Origin: Acanthaster planci
Lineage: Eukaryota
Direction of reading: 5' to 3'
Length of the DNA: 64,000 nt
Assembly: GCF_001949145.1 (NCBI RefSeq)
Contig: NW_019091362.1
Coordinates: 62,001-126,000, forward strand
In this document: positions 27,601 through 40,099 of the stretch, piece after piece
Layout of the letters: the number at the start of each line of letters is the position of its first letter
Position numbering within the stretch: position 1 is the stretch's first letter
Notes under the pieces: generated by a model
Seen by the model: only the letters and a program-made list of their open reading frames with translations
What the model was told of the DNA's origin: nothing
Database searches by the model: none
Translations under genes and position numbers: made by a program

Positions 27601-30599
27601 ACATACATGTAATATACATACCAGTACAGTACCCTGCACATGTGTTTTTACAAAAAATAGCCAAAAGTTAAGAAATTTCTCACTTAGTCGTTGCATTCAG
27701 CTACCTTCAAGTTACATCTTGAAATTTGCTTCAGAATGCAATATGTACTTATATGTAAAAAAAGTTTCCCTTTATTCTTATGATTTTCACCTCCTAAGAA
27801 TTTATTTCAAAATCAGTATTTAGGTATTCGATCAACGATCAAATTTCTGAATATTTGAATAATTGGCGTAGCCCTATGTACATGCATACATGTACATACA
27901 TGTACATATACCGGTAGCTCTGTAATGTTGCATGGATATTTTTAATCGGAAGTACATGTATTAAAAAGGTTACAGAATGCTAATATAGCACCCAGACTTC
28001 AATTTCTGCGCTTGTTATTTTCAGTCACACCAGCATCCCACAGTAGTAATCATTGGTGTGAAATTGCAGTGGTTTGAATGAAGCTGGACTTGACAAAATG
28101 CTGCAATGTTGATGCATTTATGTAATGGAAGAGATTTATTTGTGTGTTCGTGAAGTCGTCCACTTGATTTGAATGATAAGGACCAATGTACTTCTCATCT
28201 GCTGTAATTAATCATGAGTTGTCTGGCTGTAGAATGATTAATTAGACAAAGATTTGAATCACTTTATTTTACACTGGGAAATCTAGGGATTATGCAACAA
28301 CAGTGTACCTAAAAGGCACACATACATTGAAGAAGGTGGAAGAAGATAAGAACTTCTTGAAACACAAAGACCACTTGTGTTTTGTTTCACTCAAAAAATT
28401 AAGATGTCTCTACATGTACTTTATTAGATCATCATGCTGCACTTGTGCGTCCATGCTTTGATGTGTGTACATGTACTTCTGACATTAACATTTATAGATT
28501 TCCAGATGGCCTTGACAGTTTCTGTCTATAGGAGTCAAATATTTTCAGACTTGTACGAGTATATTAAAATGCTCAGCTTAAAAATAGCAAGATGGACAGA
28601 AATCAATATTGAATATAAACCTTGGTCGTAGGTATCAGATCTTCTGGCAGGTCAGAGAGGGACAGTGTACAAGGCCATGGAGACAGTTGTAATGGAGGAA
28701 GGGATTTCAGATGGATGGGGTTGGGGGAAAGGGTATGAGTTGGAGGGGTTGTCATGAGAACATTTATCCAGTGATTGATGGAACTTGTGAGAAAAGCTAA
28801 CAGGAATGAAGTTGAGGCATCTTTACATTCAAAGTCTTTATAATCATACATAACTGTGAGGTAACAAAATGTCATGCTGGATGGGCACTGAAGTCTGCCT
28901 TGTTTTTTTCATAATTTGTATTGGCTTGCCATTATTTATTTCAAAGTATCATAAATGAATAACATTCTAAATACATCTATACTTTTCCTCCATAACCCCT
29001 TCATTGACATTATTTGAGGAGTCATTCGGAATATTTCAAATGAGAATGCCTTATTTTTCCAGAGAAGGTACCGGTACACATGTACATTTACAGTACATTT
29101 GTGTTTGGAAGTCAAGTCTTCAGCAACCTTTCAATGTAAATTGTTTAAGGGGAATTTTTTTTTCAATTCAAGACAATTTTTTCTGACAACTTCATTTTCA
29201 AATATTCACATTGTAGATAAGTCACTTGTGCATCATACATATATAATTTCTATGTTTTTCTAATATTTTTTGCCAGTTTGTTTTTGCTTGTCTATCATGC
29301 AGAGCTGAGAGGAGCATTTCTGGAAGTGTAGAGAATAGATGGCAGCTGAACTCATCCATTTATACATGAAGTTTATTTCAGCTCTACCAAATTTCACAGC
29401 TTAAATGCAGTTGGTTGGAAATTTGATTTAATCTTTGGGGCATATTTTATGTCTTTGAAAAGGAGGAGGTCATCCTATGATTAAAAGCCAGAGATGTTTT
29501 TCTCGTATACTTGGAGGACACGCAAATAAACGGGGCATTTTTTATTGAATTGGAAGTTGAAGGGCTTGGTAGCCAGGAATTTGTGAGCATTGATTGTACA
29601 TGTACAATAAGACATGTATATGTATGTGGGCATTTATATGCACTTTGTTTGGTTTTACATGTAAAATGTATTGCAGTGGGTAGAAAAAGTGTGTTATTGT
29701 CACATGGTCACTCTCTGATTGGATGAAATCTCATTTGCTGTAGTCATTTGTGTCCTTATATTCTGTGACCGTCTGACCAAAATTTGACCAAGAAATGAAA
29801 TGAGAGTCAAGAAAACATCTGTATTTGCCTCTACGTGATCATATTCAGTTGTTTGGATACAATTTAAACTTTCTATTTTCAGTTTATAGAATTCTATTCA
29901 ATAATGAAAAAATATAACCGGTAATTTTGGTCGTGGTGTATCTGGAGGTTGGGGAGCTCCCCCACCAGAGATAGGTTGCTTTTGTTTAAGTAATTGAAAG
30001 TACTGTTAAAATAGTACTACCACCGGGGGGGAGGGAGTTGGAGGTTCTAAATGGGTGAAAAACACAAGACTCTCATTTTTTGACAAATACATTTTGCCCC
30101 ACCATTTTCCAAGACCTTGATGCCACTGAAGTTTGCACGGTGGTAAATACCAACTTGTCTTTTGCTTTGAACACAAAATACCAGCACATGTATCTAGATG
30201 CAGTGAATCAACTTAAAAGGGAAGAAAACATTCAATTTGGTAATTTCTTGGATTAGCAAACCAGCATATAATGGTATTTTTTTATCTCCAGAAATATAAA
30301 TTTCTACTCTAAAATATTGCACTAAATTAAAACGAAATAACAAGACCTTTTTTTACATGCAAAAATGTATTTTAGGATCAAAAGAGGTTTTGTACTAAAA
30401 AAACATCATTTCAAACTGATTATCTCCAATTTTGTTATGCAGTTTCAGACATGGACGTCCAATATCCAAACACTAAATGGCATTTCTGAAAGAAAGTTTT
30501 TTTGAGCCAATTTGTACCGGTCTCACAAATTAGTAACTTACATGTACACGTACCAAATCCTTGTACATGCAGCACATAACATAGCACATTTTACATGTA

Positions 30600-31139
30600 N
30601 NNNNNNNNNNNNNNNNNNNNNNNNNNNNNNNNNNNNNNNNNNNNNNNNNNNNNNNNNNNNNNNNNNNNNNNNNNNNNNNNNNNNNNNNNNNNNNNNNNNN
30701 NNNNNNNNNNNNNNNNNNNNNNNNNNNNNNNNNNNNNNNNNNNNNNNNNNNNNNNNNNNNNNNNNNNNNNNNNNNNNNNNNNNNNNNNNNNNNNNNNNNN
30801 NNNNNNNNNNNNNNNNNNNNNNNNNNNNNNNNNNNNNNNNNNNNNNNNNNNNNNNNNNNNNNNNNNNNNNNNNNNNNNNNNNNNNNNNNNNNNNNNNNNN
30901 NNNNNNNNNNNNNNNNNNNNNNNNNNNNNNNNNNNNNNNNNNNNNNNNNNNNNNNNNNNNNNNNNNNNNNNNNNNNNNNNNNNNNNNNNNNNNNNNNNNN
31001 NNNNNNNNNNNNNNNNNNNNNNNNNNNNNNNNNNNNNNNNNNNNNNNNNNNNNNNNNNNNNNNNNNNNNNNNNNNNNNNNNNNNNNNNNNNNNNNNNNNN
31101 NNNNNNNNNNNNNNNNNNNNNNNNNNNNNNNNNNNNNNN
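30600..31139. other. Assembly gap (540 N)
   Basis: Run of N. Confidence 1.
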
Positions 31140-31923
31140 CATTTTACATGTACCAGAACTAAAGTTCACTTTATGTGACATGCAGATTTTTTATAAGTGG
31201 TGCGAGATGCACATGCAACATAGTGGAACTACCTAAATGTGTGTTTTTAAAGAAGGCAGAATCAAAATGTTGAAAATCTGTGGATGTGCATGTGCATATG
31301 CTGTGTTACTGTAGGTAGAGTGAAATGAAGTGTTCAAATGTACATTGTAAATAACAAGCCTGCGTCATTGAGAATTCACGATGTACAATGTGTCTCTCCT
31401 TGATGTCAGGCTTTTGCACTGTCACCAAGATTGTCATCTGTATTGAGATGCACTTTTGTAGAATATTACGCAACTGGCAACAACCCCCTTCCCTAAAAAT
31501 TCAAAAAGGATTTGGAAGCAATTTGTGTCTGACAACTGGAAATGAATTGCTTTAACTGTACATGTACATGTATATGTTCTCTATAGAATCCAGGACACAG
31601 GTGTCTCCACCGCTTGGTATAATTTGTACACAAAAACTGAAGTGTTGAATCCAGAATTTGAAACTTTAAGTGTTTAAACAGTTAAAAAATTACGATTCAA
31701 CAACAGTACTGTATTTCGGAGGAAAAGTTTGAGAAATGTTGAATTCATGCTTCAGTTGTTGAATTAACTAAGCTCTGGATTTACATATTCTTAAAAGTCA
31801 TTGTTTGATATTTGAAATGCTTGATTAAACACGTTCAAAGTGCATTTATTGGCTGCACAAATGAAGTGTTTTTTGTATGTGACACGCAGTAATTGTGTGG
31901 TTTTCTTGTATTTGTTCTCGTAG

Positions 31924-31991
31924 GAGCAGATGGACAAGCAGATTGAGGAGCTCAATAGACAGCTTTTGGAAGAACGACAGACAACAAGAAG
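31924..31991 (+). CDS. NCKAP5: 68-nt coding exon, coiled-coil, NCKAP5 (Nck-associated protein 5)-like N-terminus
   Basis: Acceptor TTTTCTTGTATTTGTTCTCGTAG| and donor AAG|GTAGGA. Reads EQMDKQIEELNRQLLEERQTTR(R), phase 0 to phase 2. It resembles, from memory, human NCKAP5 EYMDSNKYIEHLLTQLEEQHRSLWR. The exon itself is well supported; the gene name is tentative. Confidence 0.6.
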
Positions 31992-34619
31992 GTAGGAGCA
32001 TTACACAGGGCCTTCGTGTCTGCATTACAGGAAAGAGTGAGATACTGTACATGAATTTAAGCTGTGTATTCATCTGGCCTTCTTGTCATCGGGAAAACAC
32101 TGTTTAATGTAACCTCAAAATATCAGTTACAAAAGATTATCATTTTCAGAGCATGAATTACACTCAGGAAATGACGATTGTCAGAGAAGTTACATGTACC
32201 AATTAAGTAGCCTTCTTAATTGCTTTCATACCGAACGTTATATTCTGTCTTTGAGTCACTGGTGAAGAGCTACCGGTAACAAGGATAATGTAATTTCTTG
32301 ATGATGTCACTTTCAAGGTTTGGGAAAAATTGAAGTGATTTGGGCTTCAGCAGAAGTAGTCTCGTAGTGTCAGGGTCAAATGAAAGAAAATTCCCCAACT
32401 TGATTATTTCAGTGTGCATGAAATCCCCCAGTAAGTTCAATGTGGCAATGTCAGAGTCAGCAACCCAGAGACACTTTTCCTGGTGTTAGTATTATTTACT
32501 TATAGAGGTTAGCCTTGAAAGCCTGGAGTGATACTAGGGTAGCTAAGTGAAAATTACCAGTGTTTATTTTATTGATGTGAGTGTGTTCTGTGTTGTATTC
32601 TGAGGTAAAATTGATGTTATTGAACTAGAGACACCAGAGAACGATGCATTTGTGTTCTGTAGCATTTTATTTTGCAATGATACGAAATCACAGCTTATAA
32701 CAAAATCCAATGACAGGAGAAGTGAACAGCTCCCTCTGTTGTTGAACACTCTATATCGACAACTTTTACCTTCAGATGGCAGTTTTTCTTAAGTAACAGT
32801 TACATGTACAGATAGGGGTGCACCGTACCAATTCAAACCCAATTGAAAATTGTAAAATCAACCAAGTTCAAGGCCAAAACACAAGCAAACCGACATCCCT
32901 AGGGTTTCTTTTCAGAAATATGGTTGTCTTGTCCTTCATTTTTTCCATTTCTTTTCATTTTTGGTGGGTCAGCCACTTATGGTTTTAATTTCTTCACACA
33001 AAGAAAATCCTCCCCCCAAAAAGTGATACTCCCAAAGCCTGATTGTCATGGTAACGCCATCCCATTCTTATTGCTCAGCAGCAGTGCTTATGCAAGATTA
33101 ACAGACTAGCCAACCATCAGTAATGGAAGGGCATCAATTCCAAGGCATTTTTGTGGGAATCAAGGCTTTCACCATGTTTCATTTTCTTTTCGTTTATGTC
33201 CTTGTTTGAAATTCAGTGTTTTTTATATCCTTAAATTTGATTGAAAGAGACAAAAATTATAGTATCATTCCAGATCATCAAAAAAAATTTTTTGTCATTT
33301 TCAAATTAATTGGATGCAATTACATGTATGGTAGTTAGCTTTAGCAGCGGAGGTGCCTGAAAACTTTTAGGGTGAGTGGCATGTCTGTCAGCAGGGGCAT
33401 GTTCTGTACTGTTGCCTAGGGCACACTTAGGGTAGGGTACATGTAATGCAGCCCTGACTTTTCCCTTTCTTCATGTTTCACTTCAAAGTACTGATTTACG
33501 ATAAAAATAAAATCTTCGGTGACCAGGTCTCTGCTGGCTTGTATTGACATTGGAGGGAACAAGTTACAAATGTACATGCACGGTAACTTGATTCAGCATA
33601 CCACAGGTAGTGTATGGACTTTTCCTGTCATTTTAACAAATTCCACATTAAAGCAAGGAACCTACATTTAGGGAAATACAATGTGCATGGGCAAAATCAA
33701 AGTGCTGTTAAAAATAAACAATAACTTTTAACCAAAGCATATACATGTATAATGTACGCGTACATTTATGTATACACATCAAAATTTTGTAGGATGTAAT
33801 ATGTAAAATTCCAATGGGTGTAAAATTTATAGAGTGATGTAATCAAACAGGGTTGTAATGGAGAGAGCTTTGACTTTAGTTAAAGTGCAGTATCAAAACC
33901 TGTTATTATTATTGTTACTACTTTTGTGTGAGATTGTGTGAATTTAAGCAGCTTTTGTACAACTACAGTATGCAGAACAGTCAACTTTATCTTTGATTCA
34001 TCACAGGCTGACTAGTGAACAAATTGCACACATAATACAAGTGCATGTGTGTACTTTAAGCTACAGTTAACTATGAACAGTTTTCATTAAACTTAACATT
34101 TATGATGTTTCCATCTGCTATAATTTAAAATCTTTAGAAATCACAACAGTTCAACATTGTGCCTTCCCATTACAGGTGCTTTAAAATGATTGTGGTGGAA
34201 TGTCTGAATTCATTAATGATGTAATGGTGCTGCCTGCATGCCTGTGAATTGTTTGCTATGTTACTTAATGACCATTGACACTGAACATTACTAAGACATA
34301 CAGTAAAAATAATGACAAAAGTAAATAAAACTTGTTACTCACTTGAAGAGTGGAGATAATGTGTCCTCAAGGGAAGCATCAAATTCAAACTAAAACGACT
34401 TTATGAATTAAAATAGTCTACATGAAAATGGACATTGTACATGTTGTTAAGGTCTACTTTTCACTCTTACAAACATGTAATTGGTGAAGATAAATACTGC
34501 CCTCTGTTGAGCGATCTATGAGAACATTTCACATGCATGCATGTACCTGTATGGGCAAATGAATTCAGTGGAAGGTAGCAGTAAAGCTTTTGTGTAGAGC
34601 AATAATCAAGAAAATTACT

Positions 34620-35655
34620 GTCTGCCACACAGCAGAATTTTAGCAAATTCCTCAAGATGCTCTGCCGGTATGTTTTGTTTCTACCTCAAGTCACACAAAA
34701 TTCACAATCTTACCACAAATGGTACATGTTAATATACAGTCTGCCACACAGCACAATTTTTAGCAAATAATGATTGTAAATTCTACATGAAGCAGTATGT
34801 TTTGTCATACACGTACCGGCTACCTACAGTCACAAAAAATCTTACCACAAATGGTATACAAATAATGAATGCTTATGAGTGCAATGGAGAGAATAATTGC
34901 TTGAGGTGACAGATGAAATGGTCTCTTCCCCAAGGTGAAGCTGAAGGGAATGTATTGTAGATTATTTCATGTCACCGAATGCAATTATTTTTATATGTAC
35001 ATTGCATGAATGCAAAACATTCATTGTTTTACAGAACACCTGCATAAAACCTCGTCATCTGATTTTCTGAGCACAGCTGGATTAATTAAGTGACTCAAAC
35101 TTGAAGTTGTCCAGTTGTGAATCTGTTAATTTTCCGTCATGATATTCTAATTAAGTTTGGATTCTTTTGCCCTGCCCGACATATTATATTCTGAGCTTGT
35201 GTAATCATTTGGCAGCATTTTATCTGTTTCCTGAAGGAACAGTGGCAGTATCATCATTACTTACAAAAAAAAGTTCTTATAATTATTTCGTAGAACTGTG
35301 AACGGCAGAGCTTGATCGCTTGTCATTTTGCCATTAAGAAAGTTGCACCACTAAAAGCTGCAGTGCAATCGATCTGATGGGGTTTGTCATTCGTTTCTAA
35401 CGCACAATTGTTGTCAATTTTTTGCACTCTGCGTGCACGTCCGTGTGTTGTGGGTTGGTACAAATACCGGCAATTCAATGCTGTGTGATCAACGATCCAC
35501 CAATCAGATGATGGGGATTTATGTAGGTCTTGTATAATACATATTAAAATACAGTCTGCTACACAACATGAATTGTGACAAATAATAATTCTACATTCTA
35601 CATGAAGCAGTTTGTTTTTTTACTAATGTACTGGTACCGCCAGTCACAAAAAAAC
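34620..35655 (+). repeat. Three diverged ~120-bp tandem units, interrupted by an insertion
   Basis: TCTGCCACACAGCA...TTAGCAAAT...AGTCACA units begin at about 34620, 34740 and 35554. Confidence 0.75.
34857..35537 (+). mobile_element. 681-bp non-autonomous element without TIRs, with a ~180-bp 5' hairpin, inserted at TA
   Basis: Interrupts a tandem unit: intact unit ACCACAAATGGTA-CATGTTAATATACAG versus GGTA[insert]TA-CATATTAAAATACAG. The 5' part folds (AATAATGAATG/CATTCATTGTT, AATAATTGC/GCAATTATT, GGTGACA/TGTCACC) around CCCAAGGTGAAGCTGAAGGG. The 3' end has CCAATCAGA...GTATAA. A second copy lies at 53170-53311. Confidence 0.75.
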
Positions 35656-36868
35656 TGATGCTTCTACCGGTATGTGCGAAGTATGTACATGTATCTACAC
35701 TGTACATGTTCCAGTAGCTATTCTTTCAAACCTTCACTAGCTAGCCTGACTTTTTCACCAAACTCTCACATTTTACACTGCATACCCCCAGTACATGTAT
35801 GAACCTTGACATGAATCTTGACATTTTCATGTATTTTTTACTTAAATATTTATTTTCTTACAGTGCACGTATGTTTAAGGTTTAGTAAAAGGACTGAATT
35901 GTTTATTTCTGCCACCTTTCTCTTCCTCCCTTGTTTGTTAAATACATGTATGTACTTTAAATGCAAGTTTAAACTCCTTGGAATGGATGACAACTCCTTT
36001 TTTAGGCCAAGTTACCAGATAATGTTGCTGCAATCTTGGTAAAATACAACAATTTTGAAGACTACATTGTAAAAGAATTGCCACCTCTGCCATTTTTTTT
36101 AAAACTTTGATGAGGAAATTATTTTATTTTTCACTTAGCATAATTGGATGGCACATTACAACAAATACATGTACATTAATTGCTATATATTATTGTTTAT
36201 TGATCTTAATTGATGATCTTAATTCATTGATGGAATATTGATAAGTGTATTGCCTTTATTGGAACCTCTGAAACAGCTCATTTTAAATTTTTTGGCCATT
36301 TCTCCAGGGGATTATAACATTATCTTACATGTGCATGCACACTGGAACCTTGTTAATCAAAGAAAGACATAATGGCATCATTTTCTAATATTTACAGTAC
36401 ATTGTCAAAATTCCCATCTAGGTATTTTGACAATGCTACTGGTACATGCAGTTAAACTTCTTGTTACAGCATGTTGTGTACATACGTGCATGATCATTAA
36501 TGCACATCATTATAAACGTCATTTATGATCAACTCTTGGCAGAAGAACCAACTGTAGTGCTACCGGTGCTTGATGAGCACAGTGATATGCCTATATTTAC
36601 CGGTATGTCAAATGCAAAGTGATATGACAGCAGTTTCATATTTTTGTACTTGTACCTTCCTTCCATATGCAAGTAACTGCAATATTATCAACTAGATTAA
36701 TATGTGAAAATTCTCAAGTAACACCATCAGCAGACTTTACACTGTCAGCATGAGAACAATAGACAGTAGTGTGTTTAATCGCAGCAAACTTGCACTCATC
36801 GTTAATGCATCAAAATGTTGCAACTGATGCACCTGTTCAACTGATAGCAGGAGATCTTGACTTAGAGA

Positions 36869-37666
36869 CTAATCTTTCTCATAAACCACACAGTTTTCCT
36901 TCTCACCAATAAAACCCTGTTTCTTAGCCTGAGTGACCGTCAGATTGTTGAGTTGGCATATCTTACCTGATATCATATTAAAGGAAAGGCAGTTAGAATC
37001 CATGATACAGGCCAAGCAGCAACGTACAGGACTCTTTGGTGTGGTCTGGTAGGTGTGGTCAATCAGACAGGTGTTGTTATTGTGGACTGTTTCATCCGTA
37101 AAGACAGAAGAACATTCTGCATGGAAAGGTTTGAAGCAAGATGCCTGATTGTCAATGTTACGCTCACACATTGTGTGTCTTAGTGCTGAGCAGCCTGTTG
37201 GCCTCCACCTGTCGGAGGCGTCGTTACGCACTAACATCACACACCCAGGTAGTGGTCTCCCTTTTTCTGCAGGTTTTAGATAAACATTACGATAAGGGCT
37301 TGGGTCATGTGGATCATCCCCATGACATTTGTATATGTTTAGTATGTTGTCTGATGAGTTAACAAGTTCACTTTTATGCTCGCAGCCCAGCCACAAATTG
37401 ACTTCAGGTGTCTCAGCATTAAACAACGCTGCGATGAAAGTGTTTTCTTCTTCAGAGTTTGGTGTTGCTAAATAACTTCCTAAACATTGGCACTTCCTGC
37501 GAGCCTCAAAATAATTGAGTGTTGGGTCTTTGAAAAACTTGTAACAAGCTTGATCAGATCCAACCCAACCTGCAGGACATGTGGATGAGAGACCAGCAGC
37601 CAAATATGAGAGCAGCATTGAAACAGCAGTGCCCACAAAGAACACGATTAGCCAAGTCTTGGACAT
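36869..37666 (-). CDS. Secreted C-type lectin domain + C-terminal PAN/apple-like domain protein (265 aa), coding region intronless
   Basis: The first ATG is at 37666 (the track starts at TTG 37675). Hydrophobic signal peptide MSKTWLIVFFVGTAVSMLLSYLAAG. CTLD motifs CPAGW, CYKF, EARRKC, LATPNSEEENTFI, LWLG, C..W....C.......CE. C-terminal RCCLACIMDSNCLSFN...CQLNN is PAN-like. No stops. Minus-strand AATAAA at 36260-36255 and 36201-36196. Confidence 0.9.
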   Translation of the reverse strand: MSKTWLIVFFVGTAVSMLLSYLAAGLSSTCPAGWVGSDQACYKFFKDPTLNYFEARRKCQCLGSYLATPNSEEENTFIAALFNAETPEVNLWLGCEHKSELVNSSDNILNIYKCHGDDPHDPSPYRNVYLKPAEKGRPLPGCVMLVRNDASDRWRPTGCSALRHTMCERNIDNQASCFKPFHAECSSVFTDETVHNNNTCLIDHTYQTTPKSPVRCCLACIMDSNCLSFNMISGKICQLNNLTVTQAKKQGFIGEKENCVVYEKD

Positions 37667-39795
37667 GATGTTCAATCTGATGTCGATAGTGATGGCTTGT
37701 CGTCTTCAAATTCAAGAAAAGAGTCTTGATAATGGCAGGACACTTTGAAACATTCTGGAAAGTCTGTCTGTCTTAGTCCACTCTGAGAGCTGACAGAATG
37801 AATTGAGTAGAAGAGTCCTGCAAAGCTTGGAATGATGATGCCCACTGAGTCTCCCTCTTTGATGAGTCCAAAGCAAAGAGCTTTAGTGATGGAGAGACTT
37901 CAAATATGTCCTTGTAAATGTCCTGTCTTTAAAAAAGCAAAAAGTGATTTCAACTGAGGAGCAGCCACTCACAGTAAATTCACAAATTGCCTTGCTGTCC
38001 TGAAGCAGAGGGAGTAAATGTTGGTCTAGTTTGTGTAACACTTTCAAAGGAAATGTCCTTTGAAAAAAGATTTGCCTTCCAGACTCTTAACTGAAGAATC
38101 GGAATAAAAGAACTGAGAACTGAAGAATCCAACAGTAGTTTACACCTGTTTATCTCTCATCAGTTGAATGGTGTGTGTGATCACATATCCCAGGACAAAA
38201 TCCCCTGCTTGACTTGTGGTAATCATCCAACTGATGCAGGCGTGTGTCTTTTTATAGTAGACAGAAGCAATTGCTCTCTGTAGAAAGGCACAAGTTGTAA
38301 TGAGAAAGTCCAGTAGTCCACTGGTAACGTTTACTGGTACGTGGTTTTTCTCCTGGCTTTCTCACTTTACTATGCGGTGAGTTGTAACCAACAGTTTGAA
38401 TCATAGCACAGCTCGTCCAAAACCTCTTTTTTGACCAGTATTTTATATGTGTACATGTGTAAACAGGCACCGAAGATTCCACAATCTATTGATACAATCT
38501 CAGAGTGGTGCATTTATAGGCTGTTTACACTTTAGGTATCTGAGATGGTCATCAACTTTGAATTAAAGAGGAGCAGTAATGATGCCTTGTTTGATATGCA
38601 AGGTATTGATTGCTTCTTGTTGATCATAGATTTCATTCAGGGAGGACAGGAATCAGTTCAATGAGTTATCAAGAGTTGGAAAAGAGGCAGTTAAATAAAG
38701 GATAGGAAGAAGGGATTTAAGAACTAGGACAATCACTTTGTTTACCTAAAAACACCGACAGCCTGCTTTTTCTTAATTAATTTCTCAATAAATTTGTTCC
38801 ATTTTGATTAAACAAAATGCAAAGTCACTGTAAAAACAAAGTTTGCAGAGAGGTTTTGCTTTTCACTTTGTTAGTCACAGGGATTTTGGTTTAATGAAGG
38901 AAATCTACTTTACAGGCGAGAAAGAAACTTCAGGATTGAAGATTGTAATTTCAGATCAATAATGGACAGAGTGACATGGGAATTACAGATATTTCTCGAT
39001 ATAAGAATTTGACCTTAGTGTAATTACTGAGCCACGGATGTGACTGTTTTTGTGTCAAAAGACCAGAATGGTTAGTGAAATACCATTTTGATTAAACTGG
39101 TGAAGATTTTCTTTGTTGATCAAAAGTTGGCTATCAAGGAATAGAAAACGTGGTCCAGGAAATGACCTTAACCCTGAAAGAGCCAGAGGGAGTTGGAATC
39201 TACGGCTTCGACTTTACCCCTTATTGTATCGGATGTTCAAATTCAATAAAAAGGAATGAGCACAACTCAACAAACAGAGTAAAAGAAACGCAGAGACCTA
39301 GTCTGCTAGGTGGAACTAAACGCAACAAAATTCAATCATTTACATTTCGTCTTTTATACACTTGGACTGGCCGCCAACGCGGACCGATATATGCAAAATA
39401 GTGCCAAATTAACATAACAGTGGATATCACACCCCTGTAACGTAGTAATGCAATTTTTTCATGCATTGAGACTTCATTAGGTTTTTTGTAGCTTCTTGCA
39501 TTTTTGAAACCTTTTTGTGAAAAATTTATATCATCCTTACACAGCACCCATAATTCCGAGACAGGTCTGCTAACACTGTACTTTTTTTACTGGCATGCTC
39601 AATGCACACTGGCTGGGATGCACATGTTTTTGAACTTCAAATGAGCTGAGCAACAGAAACACTTGTCAGATTAAGTTGAAATTTTATATTTGTACTTGCC
39701 AAGTTTGAAAAACCATGGTGCAGCCAAGTTCCAGCGGAATCTCCTCAACCCTGCTCTTTAAAGATAAAGCATTGTAAAGAGAAATTGACATTGTA

Positions 39796-39898
39796 ATAAA
39801 AATGGATCAAGTACTGTACATGTACAGTATTTATGCTATCTCGGTATAAAAATGGATCAAGTACTGTACATGTACAGTATTTATGCTATCTCGGTATA
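39796..39898. repeat. Perfect 50-bp tandem duplication
   Basis: 39796-39845 is identical to 39846-39895, followed by 14-bp TGTACATGTACCTA units. Confidence 0.95.
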
Positions 39899-40099
39899 TG
39901 TACATGTACCTATGTACATGTACCTATGTACATGTATACATTTAACGATAAGTGCCTGGATCACGGATTAGAATGGGTACCGATACATGAAAGTTGGTTG
40001 TGTTGGAGGGTACTAGTATGAATCCAATTCGATGATGTTTCATGGTTTATGTTTACTTCACTACCAATTTCTTTACTGAGTAACCTTAGGCTTTGTGTA

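Noticed and set aside
30512..31236. Long ORFs (196-216 aa) in the track; similar ones at 61637-62021
   Set aside because: Artefacts of translating N runs.
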